This document shows, one piece after another, positions 1 to 10,400 of a DNA stretch of 64,000 nucleotides. Location: positions 1 to 64,000 of the IMG/VR virus record IMGVR_UViG_3300045998_000148; one strand, given 5' to 3'. The DNA comes from a virus. The position numbers were made by a program, and so were the translations under genes. The notes beneath the pieces are model-generated. The model was not told the origin of the DNA and searched no databases. It saw only the letters and a list, made by a program, of their open reading frames with translations. Positions within the stretch are counted from its first letter, which is position 1, and the number at the start of each line of letters is the position of its first letter.

Positions 1-91
1 GATAAATCGTCAAGTGCTTGCAAGTTCCATCAAAGCACATTTCCCGCAAATTGGCAGCATTCGTTCGAGCGGTGGGAGTATCAATGCCGCA

Positions 92-1129
92 TCACGGAAA
101 GATGGCAATTCCGACGTGCCCCTTGCGGCAGCGCTTGGCAGCGAGCAATTTTTCATCGGCCAACTCGATCGCCCTCTTTGCACTCTCGATGCTGCGGGGG
201 ATGCCGCAGGCCACCCCAATCGATACGTTGACGGAGATCGGGCCGTGTGCCGTCTGTACGGGAGTCGAACAGATCTCCTGGTGTACTCGTTTCAGGACGG
301 CCTCTACCTGTTTGTCGTCGCAGCTCGGCAAGAGCAAAATGAACTCGTCGCCTCCCCAGCGCCCCGCTGCATCGTAGGAGCGCAGGGCAGTTAGCAACCG
401 CTGGGCGACAATTTGAAGGACTTGATCGCCGACGAGGTGGCCGTAGTTGTCGTTTATCGGCTTAAACTTGTCGATATCGATCATGACAAAGCAGAGGGGA
501 TTGTTCTTGCGGCTGGCAAAATTCCACTCGCGCTCGATTAATTCGTCGATGCCCTTGCGGTTCCAGAGGCGCGTCAGGGGATCGATGCGGGCAATGCGCT
601 CCGCCTGGTTGAGACGCGCAATCAGCGCGGCCTGTTCTTTGGATAGCGCCGTCATCGACAGCTCCGCCTCGACCATGCGGGCAAAATCGCGCAGGATCGC
701 TATTTCTTCTGAGCTTATTTGGCGGGGATTGCTGTCAATCGCGCAGAGCGTACCGAGGAACAGCCCCGGCTCAATCGAGATGGGGATGCCCGCGTAAAAG
801 CGAATGTGGGGTTCGCCCGTCACTAGGGGATTATCGGCAAACCGGGGGTCTTTTGCCGCGTCGGGGACGATAAAGGGTTCGTCGTTGAGGATGGCGTGGG
901 TGCAAAAGCTGACATCTCGCGCCGTTTCGGTAACGTAACAGCCATTGATAGACTTGAACCACTGCCGATCGCGATCAACCAGGCTGACGGCAGAGATCTC
1001 CACCCCCAAGACCCGACAGACCATGCGAGTGATGCGCTCAAATCGTTCCTCTAACGGCGTATCCAGGACGTTTAACTTCACAAGTGCTGCAATCCGCTCG
1101 CTTTCGTTTTCGGGTACTGCCAGTTTCAT
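92..1129 (-). CDS. GAF-GGDEF diguanylate cyclase
   Basis: N-terminal GAF (LDTPLEERFERITR...FCTHAIL...IRFYAG); DPLTRLWNR, DIDKFKPINDNYGH, RSYD I-site, GGDEF active site. Confidence 0.95.
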   Translation of the reverse strand: MKLAVPENESERIAALVKLNVLDTPLEERFERITRMVCRVLGVEISAVSLVDRDRQWFKSINGCYVTETARDVSFCTHAILNDEPFIVPDAAKDPRFADNPLVTGEPHIRFYAGIPISIEPGLFLGTLCAIDSNPRQISSEEIAILRDFARMVEAELSMTALSKEQAALIARLNQAERIARIDPLTRLWNRKGIDELIEREWNFASRKNNPLCFVMIDIDKFKPINDNYGHLVGDQVLQIVAQRLLTALRSYDAAGRWGGDEFILLLPSCDDKQVEAVLKRVHQEICSTPVQTAHGPISVNVSIGVACGIPRSIESAKRAIELADEKLLAAKRCRKGHVGIAIFP

Positions 1130-1183
1130 TTTATGCCCATTTTTTTGTCTAGTCGAACGAAAAAAATTGCCACAAAAAACTCG

Positions 1184-1693
1184 CTACAGAAAAGCTTTTA
1201 ACATATCTGCTTTAATCTGAGCGATCGCGCTATCGGCGAGGTCTTTAAGGAATTGCACGTCGTCGGCTTGCAGTTGGCGAGGTTGTCGGTCGAAAACACA
1301 GAGCGTACCGACGCGAATGCCATTAGAAATTTGCAGGGGACAGCCCGCATAAAAGCGAATTTGCAGGTCGCCCACCACCATCTGCCCGTCCTTAAAGCGA
1401 TCGTCGAGAGTGGCATTCGGCACGATGAGAATTTCATTGCCCTGAATCGTGTAATCGCAGAACGAAATATTGCGAGGCAGCTCCGTCAGCGGCACGCCCT
1501 GAATGGACTTGAACCACTGGCGCGTAGCATCGACAAAGACGAGGGCGGCAATGGGAACCCCCAACACGCGACAGGCAATGCGGGTAATGCGCTCGTAGCG
1601 CTCCTCGATAGGCGTATCGAGGATGTTCAAATTCTGCAAGAAAGCCAGTCGCATTAATTCGCCATTAATGGCGCTTGCCTGTGGTTGCTCCAT
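1184..1693 (-). CDS. Stand-alone GAF domain protein, paralog of the neighbouring cyclase GAF
   Basis: LDTPIEERYERITR...RQWFKS...FCDYTI...IRFYAGCPL. Start placed at ATG 1693 (MEQPQ); the ORF is open to 1774. Confidence 0.88.
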   Translation of the reverse strand: MEQPQASAINGELMRLAFLQNLNILDTPIEERYERITRIACRVLGVPIAALVFVDATRQWFKSIQGVPLTELPRNISFCDYTIQGNEILIVPNATLDDRFKDGQMVVGDLQIRFYAGCPLQISNGIRVGTLCVFDRQPRQLQADDVQFLKDLADSAIAQIKADMLKAFL

Positions 1694-2296
1694 CCCTTTT
1701 TTGCAATTCAAGCCCCAGAGGAAAAAGGCGATCGCCCCTGTCAGATATGCCGTCCGTCCGGCGCGATCGCACAATCAGACTTACGCTTCGCGATGATTTG
1801 AGATGCAAGCTACATCTCCCCTCCATCTTACCGCCTGCGCTGCGCTGCGCGGACTGTCGCGATGCGAAAAAGACGCCGCTTGACGTAATGGCTCTTTTGT
1901 CAAGTGACGCCCGAAAGCCTTGCGGGGTGCGGGTCGAGTTTTGGGCGTCGGGGAAGTTAAGCTAGAGTTATCGGTCGGCTGTCCCGCACGGAAGCTTGAA
2001 AGCCTCATGTCTCCGTCGAGCAATAAGCACTACTTATTGTTGGCCGATATTGCAAGTTCGATCGCCTCTCGTATCGAGCGCCGCAAAAAGGCAGTCGTAA
2101 ATTATACGGCAAGAACGGGCAAAAAAACGGAAAGAAAATTTTAACTCGACGGGCAATAAACGGGGGAAGATTGCTTCAGCGTTGCCGCCAAAACAAAAAC
2201 AAGAAATTGGCGGGCGATCGGGAAATGGCGCGACGGCGATCGCTATCACAGTTAGGTAGGCAGGGAGCGAACAAAATGTTAGGCGTCTTGTAATAT

Positions 2297-2327
2297 ATTG
2301 AATAGAGTCGATTAATTGAGTAGAGTC
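2297..2327. promoter_or_regulatory. Tandem operator-like motif ATTGA(A/G)TAGAGTC x2 upstream of the 2345 gene
   Basis: attgaatagagtc (2297-2309) and attgagtagagtc (2315-2327); the same motif recurs at 3972-4014. Confidence 0.5.
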
Positions 2328-2344
2328 AATTATTCTTTAAATCC

Positions 2345-3610
2345 ATGACCGCCAACCTCAATATTTTAAGGATTAACAAAGTTAAAAAAGGAGCCTCGAA
2401 GCCGACTCCCAAGCCGATACTGGCGCGACCCGTCGCCCGCGTGCCCCACGTCAAAGAGCCACGCGAGAAGAATCCGCATCCCAAGGTATCGGCATCTACC
2501 GCCTCCGCACACAAAAACTGTCGGGACGGCGGCATGGAATCGCTTTCCAACCTCTACAGCGAACGGGCGTGCGAGCGCATCCGGCAGGCCGTAGACGCTA
2601 TCAAAAAGGAAAAGAACTGGACTTACGACGCGATCGCCCAGTGCATCAACCAAGCAGAAGGCCGCAACGTCCTGACGAAAGACCTGATCTACCGACTCGT
2701 CAATTACGGCTACTTTCAAAAACAGAGAACCTTTGCCAAGACCAACACGATCTTGCTCAAACTGCCCTACCTGGCGATCGCCTCCAATGTTTTCACCAAA
2801 GAGGACTTAATCGCGATCGCCCTCGACCGCGACCCCATCACTTATAAGGCAAGGAGGGCGCTCGGCATCGACAAGACGAGACTCCTGCACGCCGAAAAAA
2901 TTCCGGCAATGGAACTCCTGCAATCGGCGATCGTCAAAATGACACGGAGCGAACTCGTCGAAGCAATTAACGAAATAACCCGACAGATGGCACAAATAGC
3001 ACGGGCAGCAGAAGGTGAAGTTTCCAAGTCCCCGGCTGTCGAGGAAACCTCGGCAGCCTCGTCCCCATCGATAACAACAGAGGAAAACCCTAGCGAGGCC
3101 GACAACGTGACACGATCTAATCTCAATTGCGATTCCGATCCCCTGCAAGATTCAAGAGAAAACCTGCTTGTCAATTTAAAAGCCAGGGGGTACGACCTCG
3201 ACCGCGTGACATCGACAACAACAGAGGAAAACCCTAGCGAGGCCGACAACGTGACACGACCTAATCTCGATTGCGATTCCGATCCCCTGCAAGCCTTAAG
3301 AGAAAACTTGCTTATCGAATTAAAAGCCAGGGGGTACAACCTCGACCGCGTGACAATGGCACAGCCCTTGCAACAATTCTTAATCGGAGAGTTAGAACTA
3401 TCTCCCGGACAGATGCGGCAGTACATCTTGCCGTACAAGCTGTTTTTAAAGGGAAGGAATTCCCTACCTGCCGAACTTGCTAGGGCGCTCGCCCACTGGG
3501 TTGCTATTTCGCGCTCGGATAGGAACGACTATCGAGCGCAAGGCAACGCCGATCACTCCAACGAGCAAGACAATAGCGGCTTCGGCGATATGCCGCTTTC
3601 CTTGGGGTAA
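2345..3610 (+). CDS. Putative phage transcriptional regulator (HTH-like) with an internal 48-aa duplication
   Basis: IKKEKNWTYDAIAQCINQ...LTKDLIYRL resembles an XRE-like HTH; long ORF. Confidence 0.45.
   Translation: MTANLNILRINKVKKGASKPTPKPILARPVARVPHVKEPREKNPHPKVSASTASAHKNCRDGGMESLSNLYSERACERIRQAVDAIKKEKNWTYDAIAQCINQAEGRNVLTKDLIYRLVNYGYFQKQRTFAKTNTILLKLPYLAIASNVFTKEDLIAIALDRDPITYKARRALGIDKTRLLHAEKIPAMELLQSAIVKMTRSELVEAINEITRQMAQIARAAEGEVSKSPAVEETSAASSPSITTEENPSEADNVTRSNLNCDSDPLQDSRENLLVNLKARGYDLDRVTSTTTEENPSEADNVTRPNLDCDSDPLQALRENLLIELKARGYNLDRVTMAQPLQQFLIGELELSPGQMRQYILPYKLFLKGRNSLPAELARALAHWVAISRSDRNDYRAQGNADHSNEQDNSGFGDMPLSLG
3066..3354 (+). repeat. 144-bp in-frame tandem duplication
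   Basis: acaacagaggaaaaccctagcgaggccgac... occurs at 3074 and 3218 (TTEENPSEADNVTR...LKARGYxLDRVT x2). Confidence 0.95.
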
Positions 3611-3900
3611 TTGCAATCGATATACGGGTATCTCACCCACTCGTTCCGGCGATCTTTGATTAAAATAGCGAGTTCTACGCCAAACCGATGTTTAATTAAC
3701 TCAGTCGCGCCATCAACCGCGATTGCCTCCCCGATGCTCGAAACAAAGCATTCGACTACAGGCAGTTCTCCCCGATCTCGATCGCCTCCTCCTTTCAAAT
3801 TGTGTGCCGACAAAAATAGATTGCTCAGCGGCTTGTCGGTTGTCATTGCAATAGCATCGGCTATGGCGGCAATACTGACAGGAGTGAGGTTTTTTTTCAT
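3553..3900 (-). CDS. Hypothetical protein
   Basis: 115-aa ATG ORF divergent from the 4092 gene across an AT-rich intergenic region. Confidence 0.45.
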   Translation of the reverse strand: MKKNLTPVSIAAIADAIAMTTDKPLSNLFLSAHNLKGGGDRDRGELPVVECFVSSIGEAIAVDGATELIKHRFGVELAILIKDRRNEWVRYPYIDCNYPKESGISPKPLLSCSLE

Positions 3901-3971
3901 GTTAATTAACTTCTCAACCGAGAGTTTAGTTAGGTTTTAATAACAAGCCAATTAGGACGTACCATAAAGGA

Positions 3972-4014
3972 TAACTCTATTTAATGCCGTTAGAGAACAA
4001 ATTCAATAGAGTTA
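3972..4014. promoter_or_regulatory. Inverted-repeat operator-like site in the divergent promoter region
   Basis: taactctatttaat ... attcaatagagtta, a 14-bp inverted repeat with 1 mismatch; same half-site as 2297-2327. Confidence 0.5.
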
Positions 4015-4091
4015 GAAAGAATATTGCCGGAGCATTTTTTTAAATCTAAGTAAATTCACTGTCGTATATTTTCGACGTTCGATCTACAGAA

Positions 4092-4637
4092 TTGGCGTTC
4101 GATTCAATCTCTATGTCTCTTTCTTACCCCCACACCGAATTACTAAAGCACGTCCCCGCCTTTGTCCTGCGGCTGCGGCAAGCGCTGGAATTTGAGGGCA
4201 AATTGAGCGACGGCGGAGCGCCAAAGCACTTGAAGAGGACGGGCATCGTTTCCATTCGAGGCGATCGGCTCGGAGAAAGGCAGGCACAGAATCCGACGCC
4301 ACATCTCTACACGCCTTACAGCGTCCTGTTCGACCTGTTGTGGACGTTTACCTTTCGCGCCGACGACAGCGATACTGCCGACATTCAGCGAGTAACGCAG
4401 CAGCTCAACGAAATCTATCGCGTCCGCGAAATCCTGTTAAAATCCGACTTATTGTTAAGTCACGACGATCCGCGAACGATTTTCCTTCCGCCCGTCATCT
4501 CGGGCGAAATTTCAGTCATTCGCTCCTACAACGTCGAAAATCAATCCGACCTCTATACGACGCTATTTGCCGCCAATCTGGAACTGCCCGCCTTTCTCAC
4601 TTTTGACTGGCAGGGCGATGCCATCTTGAACGGCTGA
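4092..4637 (+). CDS. Hypothetical phage protein (possibly tail-completion-like)
   Basis: 181-aa ORF; start may be ATG 4113; no clear motif. Confidence 0.55.
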   Translation: MAFDSISMSLSYPHTELLKHVPAFVLRLRQALEFEGKLSDGGAPKHLKRTGIVSIRGDRLGERQAQNPTPHLYTPYSVLFDLLWTFTFRADDSDTADIQRVTQQLNEIYRVREILLKSDLLLSHDDPRTIFLPPVISGEISVIRSYNVENQSDLYTTLFAANLELPAFLTFDWQGDAILNG

Positions 4638-4653
4638 TCTTCAGAGCCAAAAA

Positions 4654-5454
4654 ATGCGAACATTACAAATCCGAAACTACATTATTCCCATCCACTTCGC
4701 CGACGAGTTGACCCTGACGAGGATGATGAACCTCCTCAACGAAATCGACGAGCTGACCCGCGAGGAAAAAAAAGGCAATCGGGAGCGCCGCAATCGATTT
4801 GCCCTAAACGACTTCTTCTGGCGGCTGACGGAATTGGTTCAGGTCGCCTCTCAGGGGCAGATCGATTCCCAATACGTCCAGTACCGCGAAATCGTGCATC
4901 CTGACGGCGGCATCGAGTGTGTCGGCAAGCAATTAGTCCTCTATACCGAAGAGATAGCCTACCTGATCTGGGAATTGAGCGCAGTCTATGTCGAAGACCT
5001 CTACAGGCGCAAGAAGGTACTGATCGAAAAAATAAAACAGGGCGTCCTGTCGCCGGAGGAAATCGCCCAAGTTAAAACCAACATCAAAAACTTGGAAGGT
5101 CAGATCGAGGTCATTCCCGAAACTATCGAGCGCAATACGAACTTCGTCATGCGGTACGTCCTGCTGCAAGAGGCGGGGGGAGTCTTCCATCGCGATGAAG
5201 ACACGCCAAAATACGCGGCAGGCCATAAAAACGGCAGGGCGGAAGGCAAGAAAAAAATCAAAAAGGGATTTGCCGCTTCCCTGCCGCCCGAACCCACTTT
5301 CAGCGAGGCGATCGCCCTGCCACGGGCTGCCGTTGCAAGACAAGTAGATAGCGGCGAAGAAGGCGAAGGCGAAGGCGAAGGCAATATCGACAACGGCGAA
5401 GGCAGCGACGACCTCGAACTACAAGAACTCAAGGCGATGGTGGACGAGCTTTAG
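4654..5454 (+). CDS. Hypothetical phage protein with acidic C-terminus
   Basis: 266-aa ATG ORF, co-oriented with the upstream gene. Confidence 0.7.
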   Translation: MRTLQIRNYIIPIHFADELTLTRMMNLLNEIDELTREEKKGNRERRNRFALNDFFWRLTELVQVASQGQIDSQYVQYREIVHPDGGIECVGKQLVLYTEEIAYLIWELSAVYVEDLYRRKKVLIEKIKQGVLSPEEIAQVKTNIKNLEGQIEVIPETIERNTNFVMRYVLLQEAGGVFHRDEDTPKYAAGHKNGRAEGKKKIKKGFAASLPPEPTFSEAIALPRAAVARQVDSGEEGEGEGEGNIDNGEGSDDLELQELKAMVDEL

Positions 5455-6037
5455 CATTTTTGGCGGCGATCGCCTTAAAAAATTCGATTTGACGCAGCCT
5501 CTTTTTCGCTTCTTCCTCCGTCCCGTACTTGCCGAGGAGCTTGCCCTTGCGCGAAAAAATAGCGTATTGCGAGCCGACCTTGCGGATCGAATCGCAGTGC
5601 GGCTCGGGGGAACCCCACAGCGCCAGACATCGGCGAAAATGCGCGTCTTTCGACGCCATTACTTCAATGGCACTGGCCTTGCTAGCATCGTTGCGGGCAT
5701 CGAGAATCGCCCGCCGATAGTCGTAGGTATCGGGGTTGGGCGGCATCCCCAATTCGGCGATCGCTTTGTTAAGGGCGATCGCCTGAACCGTCTCTTTTGC
5801 CGCTAAGCGGATCGGAGCGGATAGGAGTTCTTCGCGGACGTATCGAGCTGGCAGAGAACCCTCGGCAGGTTCGCCTTCAACAGTCCGATCGCGCCCGAGG
5901 CGATCGGCTGGGCTGTCGGCTGGGCTGTCGCCTGGGAAGTCATCGGGAAGGGCTGGACTGAAGGAATGAATTTTGCCCAGCATTGCATCGAAGGGATTGA
6001 GCTTGGGCGTAGGTTTGGCAGGCATCGCAATTCTCAA
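5429..6037 (-). CDS. Hypothetical, probably head-associated protein
   Basis: C-terminal module IRKVGSQYAIFSRKGKLLGKYGTEEEAKKRLRQIEFFK, which I recall from phage head-associated proteins, follows an xxDS site; coupled to the upstream gene. Confidence 0.6.
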   Translation of the reverse strand: MRIAMPAKPTPKLNPFDAMLGKIHSFSPALPDDFPGDSPADSPADRLGRDRTVEGEPAEGSLPARYVREELLSAPIRLAAKETVQAIALNKAIAELGMPPNPDTYDYRRAILDARNDASKASAIEVMASKDAHFRRCLALWGSPEPHCDSIRKVGSQYAIFSRKGKLLGKYGTEEEAKKRLRQIEFFKAIAAKNAKARPPSP

Positions 6038-6723
6038 CCAAATTCGTAATAGCCGCCGTTGACCATGCCGCTAACCCGCACGAATTTTGCGGCATCAAGG
6101 GCATCCGTCCTTTTCTTTCTGGTCTTAGAAGGAGGCGTCTTAGGAGCCTCGCCAGAAGCCGTTTCCCGTATCACGTCCGATAGTTTTTTGCGGCCTTTCT
6201 TTTTAGATTTAGTTTCGCCCTTTTTCGCTTTAGACGATTCGGCGGCGGCGGTCAGCAGTTTTCTGTCTCCTGGGTTATTTGCGCTAACATCGCTCATCAA
6301 TTGCTTCCAATCTTCGTCAGATAAGTTTTCGCCAACAAGATCGCTCATTAATTGCGGCAAATCTTTGGCAGACAATGTGTAATATTCTTGCGCTCCCTTT
6401 CCTTTGGGTTCCAAAAGTTCTCCCTCGACGGCCTCTACTTGATTTTTCTTTTTCTTGCCGCCGCCGCCAGAAGTCAGGGCGCGTCCCGCCCCATAGCCCG
6501 CCGCCCCTACCGCACCGCCAACCAGCGTGGCAGCCAGCACCTTTTTAGCCAGTCCGCCCTTTTTGCCGCCGCCGCCTTCGCCGCTGCCGCCACCCCCGCC
6601 GCTGCCTTTGGGAAGAGATCGGTAATAGCCGCCGCCCTTCATTCCAGGTACTTTGACAAAAATCTTGTTGCCGATAATGGCGTCTTCTCGAAATTGTATT
6701 TTGGATAATATGCTGGTTGCCAC
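6034..6723 (-). CDS. GGYY-leader family protein (putative capsid cargo), small member
   Basis: REDAIIGNKIFVKVPGMKGGGYYRSLP leader, Gly linker, hydrophobic helix VLAATLVGGAVGAAGYGAG; RBS aggagg. Confidence 0.8.
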   Translation of the reverse strand: MATSILSKIQFREDAIIGNKIFVKVPGMKGGGYYRSLPKGSGGGGGSGEGGGGKKGGLAKKVLAATLVGGAVGAAGYGAGRALTSGGGGKKKKNQVEAVEGELLEPKGKGAQEYYTLSAKDLPQLMSDLVGENLSDEDWKQLMSDVSANNPGDRKLLTAAAESSKAKKGETKSKKKGRKKLSDVIRETASGEAPKTPPSKTRKKRTDALDAAKFVRVSGMVNGGYYEFG

Positions 6724-6744
6724 GATATACCTCCTATAGGCATT

Positions 6745-7167
6745 TCAAGAATGGGAACGACTGGGTTTTTGCATCGCCATCGCCGTGAGGCCGTCGCCAA
6801 GGAAGGCGACCTCGATCGCCACGCGAGAAAGAACGACTCGTCGGCTTTTGATAGTAAAACAATAGCGGCGGCAATTCGAGCAGGTAATTTCGCCATACAC
6901 CAACGCGCTTTCTCGATCGCGTTGCACGGAATGAATTTTTTCAATCTCGATCCCTAAAAAATCGTCTTCAATAACTGCCCTGAGGTACTCTCGAACGAGG
7001 TCGTCCTGAATGTCACAGTCGGGATTGGCGAAAAAGGATAAGGGATCGCAGTTGGGACACGAGGCATCGCGATCGGCATCGCGATCGGCATCGCGATCGG
7101 CATCGCGATGGGGAAGGGAGGAAGGATGGGGGCGGTCAGAGGGCAACATATCGACTTTTTCGCGCAT
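6745..7167 (-). CDS. Hypothetical Cys-containing protein, paralog of 7170-7487
   Basis: LVYGEITCSNCRRYCFTI vs IVYGELACTNQCRYFFSI; (RDAD)n encoded by a 12-bp repeat. Confidence 0.65.
   Translation of the reverse strand: MREKVDMLPSDRPHPSSLPHRDADRDADRDADRDASCPNCDPLSFFANPDCDIQDDLVREYLRAVIEDDFLGIEIEKIHSVQRDRESALVYGEITCSNCRRYCFTIKSRRVVLSRVAIEVAFLGDGLTAMAMQKPSRSHS
7063..7109. repeat. 12-bp tandem repeat ggcatcgcgatc x~4
   Basis: Seen directly; encodes RDADRDADRDADRDA on the minus strand. Confidence 0.9.
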
Positions 7168-7169
7168 TG

Positions 7170-7487
7170 CTATTTTTGTTCTTGCTCTTGTACTTCTACC
7201 ACTCTCCGCAACGTGGCGATGCTATTTTCAATCGAAAAAAAATAACGGCACTGATTGGTACAGGCCAGCTCGCCGTACACGATGTTTTTTTCAGCTTCCG
7301 GCATCAAATAAAAAAAGCCCGCTACTTTCAAAGGAACGAAGTCTTCCTCGACGACGGTTTTCACATAGGCTTGCGCCCCTTTCATCGCTTTTTGAAAATC
7401 TTCGTCTTCCCGCAGCTTGTAAAGCTCCTCTTTGAACTTGTCAAACTTCGGCGTATCGCCCGACCGCGAATCTTTTGAAGGAGGCAT
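7170..7487 (-). CDS. Hypothetical protein, paralog of 6745-7167
   Basis: Start overlaps the stop of the 1672-aa gene; shared VYGE(L/I)xC motif. Confidence 0.7.
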   Translation of the reverse strand: MPPSKDSRSGDTPKFDKFKEELYKLREDEDFQKAMKGAQAYVKTVVEEDFVPLKVAGFFYLMPEAEKNIVYGELACTNQCRYFFSIENSIATLRRVVEVQEQEQK

Positions 7488-10400
7488 TAGCTTGCTTGCT
7501 GTATTTTTCTGATTTTACCCGTATTTTGCGCGTTCAGTACGTCGAGGGTGCGGCTGGCCTCTGCCGTTACCGTTTTTTGGATGCCAAGGGTAGTTTCCAG
7601 CCCCGCCTTTACCTGTCGCGCCGTCCGAACCGCCTTCTTCGGCAATTCGGCATAGATTTTGCCGACTTCTTTAGCGGCGGCAGTAGCGTCGATTTCGCCC
7701 GACTTGTAGCGGTCGTAGACGCTGACGACATCGTTAGTCGTCGCCATTGCAACTACGGCTCCAATTCCCGGCGTGGGCAGGGGTATCGTGTGTTCAGCGA
7801 GCTGAGCCGACGCATTTCCGACGACCCAACCGCCGATATCTTGTTTTTTGACCTGCTCGGCAGCCGCAACGTCGCGGCGTTCGAGTTCGGCGATCGCCTC
7901 TTGGCGAAGCAGCTCTAATTTTTCAAGGCGTCCGGCCTGCTGGAACACGGGTTCGAGCTTGAGTTTGTCGTAAGCCGCCTTTGTCGCCTTAGCATCGGCA
8001 AACCCCCTGCGAATCGTGCGCGTGCCCATAATATCGCCAGCCAATGCCCCCGGCAAGCCGCCGATCGCGCCCCATTTGGCTCCATAAATGCCGCCCAGTG
8101 CCGCCGCCCCTTCTTCAACCAATTCGAGGCGACTCGGAACTTGCGTGCCGACCTGACTTGCCGCTTTGCGGGCGAGTTCCTCCCTCGCATTGCCCTCGTC
8201 GATCAATTCCTTGGTCGTGTCGTAGACAGCTTTCATGCTCGTGAGGAGCTTATTACGGACGATCGCCTCGCGCTGCGCCCCTTCCTTTTTTTGCTCTATG
8301 ATAATTTCGTCCTGCTGCCGCAAACCTTCTCGATAGCGCTCGACCGTAGCGCCCAAGACATCGCGGAACACATCTCTCTTTCGTTTCACCCGCAGCGTGC
8401 CGTCAGGCATTTCGACGACAGGCGAAAGCGCCTGCGCCAATTGACGAGCCGCTTTTTCGGTGCGTTCGTCGCCGCCGCCGACGACCTTCGCCCCCCTCTC
8501 TATAGCAGATTGGCTCGTTTCCGACAGCGCTTCCCTCGCTTTTTTTCGCACCGCTTCCGTGCCGACCACTTCCACGTTGCCGACGGAGATCGGCCTATCG
8601 GCTTCGCGAACCGCTGCAACCGCCTCGTCTTTAACCTTTTTAAGGGCTTCTTCTCGAACCGTTTTAAGGACTTCTTCTTTGACGCGATCTTTAACGCGAT
8701 CGGCGACAAAATCGGCAACTTTCTCGGGCGTACCTCCATCCTCTTCTGGATTGGGGTTCACATAGCGGACGGAGCGATAGGTTTTGCCGTCCTTGCCCTT
8801 GACGACTACCTCTTTGGCTACGAGGTCGGGGTCGTCTTTAAGGGCAGTTGACTTGCCGCCCCCGCCTGGTGCGGACTGGCGGGAAGCGGGTGGCTTGCCC
8901 ATTCGGTCGGCTCGCACGTTAAAGCCCCGAGCGGACGTAATCTTCCTGGCGAGCGCCTTGTTTGCCATCGGCAGCAGGCGGTTGAACTGCCTGTCGTCGA
9001 GGACTTGGGCAAGGGAGCGGTCTAATTTCGCTTTTAATTTGGGCAAGACGTCAACTTTTGGATTGGCCGATCGCTCCAGTGCAACGTCCCGAATGGCCTT
9101 TGCCCACAGGCGGTAGTAGGTCGATTCCTTGCTCTGGTGATAGGCGATCGCGATCTTGACTTCGTTTAACAGAGGGGATTCGCCTCTCGCGATCTGGCGC
9201 AGCGCCTCGTTCATCTTCTTTCGGATTTCGCCGATCCCCAACAGGAAATGCCCGCTTGACACTCCCGCCAGCACCCGTTCGACTTCAGCCTGATTGGAGC
9301 GTTCGTGCAGGGGATAGGCAATTTCTCCTTTAGGCAGGACGGGATAGGTATTGTTAATCGAAACGATCCGATCTACCAGGCGGCGTACAATTTTCGCCCC
9401 TTCCTCTTTTAGCCACTCGCGATCGCCGCCCGTCGTGACGCCCAACACGGCATCGCTACGGCGCTGCTTGCGCTTTCCGCGCTTGCTGTCGCCTTTACTT
9501 CGCTCGTAGATATTGCCGTTAAGGTAGACGTACTTGCCCTCATCGATAGCCGCAAGTCGGCGCTCTATCTCGGCCTCGAAATCGGCGAGGTGCTGGCGAG
9601 TATCGGCAAAGATCGTCTCCATGACCGTTTTTGCCTTGGCATTGGCGACCTCAATGCGATCGCCCTGGCGGATATAGTGATTGGCGTAGTTTTTCCGCAT
9701 TCGATTGGCAAGGCGTACCACGGGCTGCTTGCTGGCCTTTTGAATGCGCTTGAGGTAGTCGCGGTACTCTTCGACGGAACTAATTTGATTTGGCTCGAAC
9801 TTGGAACCTAACGTCATGTAATTGACGTAATTGCCGAGAGAGTCGGGACTGTAGGTTTTTGTCGCGTTTAAATTGAGAAAATCGACGATGCCCGCATATT
9901 TTGTCAGGTCTGCACCTCTCGGGTTTTGTGTCGGGCTGACGGCGGCCTTCATCACTTCCAGCAATTTCAAGGATTGAGCTTCTTCGGGGAAGCGTTTTTC
10001 AAATACCTTGTAGGTCTGCATTTCCTTCTCAAAGGGAGACATGGAGTTTGAAGTCCTAATTTCCTCCACCTCTCGCCTGAATTCGCCAAACTGCTTTTCC
10101 ACCGCTTCATAAATCGACATATCCTCGGCAGTTTCCGACTGTCGAAGTTTCCTCGACCGCTCCTGCGGGACGCCTGCCGGAGAGTCCGAAGTCCCCGACT
10201 GTCGAGTGCGATCGGCTGCGACAGTACCCGCCTGTCTCGCCTGTTTCTTTTCCGTGCCGGAGAGCCGATCTCGACTGGCGATCGTTTTCTGTCTCACCCC
10301 TTCAATTGCGTCGAGCTGTCGTTCGAGCATGGCAGATTCGCGAGTCCACTGGTCGAGAGCCTTGACGCGCACCTGCTGTCGGCCTGCCTCGGCGCTCATT

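Noticed and set aside
1775-2290. c-di-GMP riboswitch or att site upstream of the GAF/GGDEF genes
   Set aside because: Some hairpins exist, but I found no riboswitch consensus, tRNA or repeated att core.
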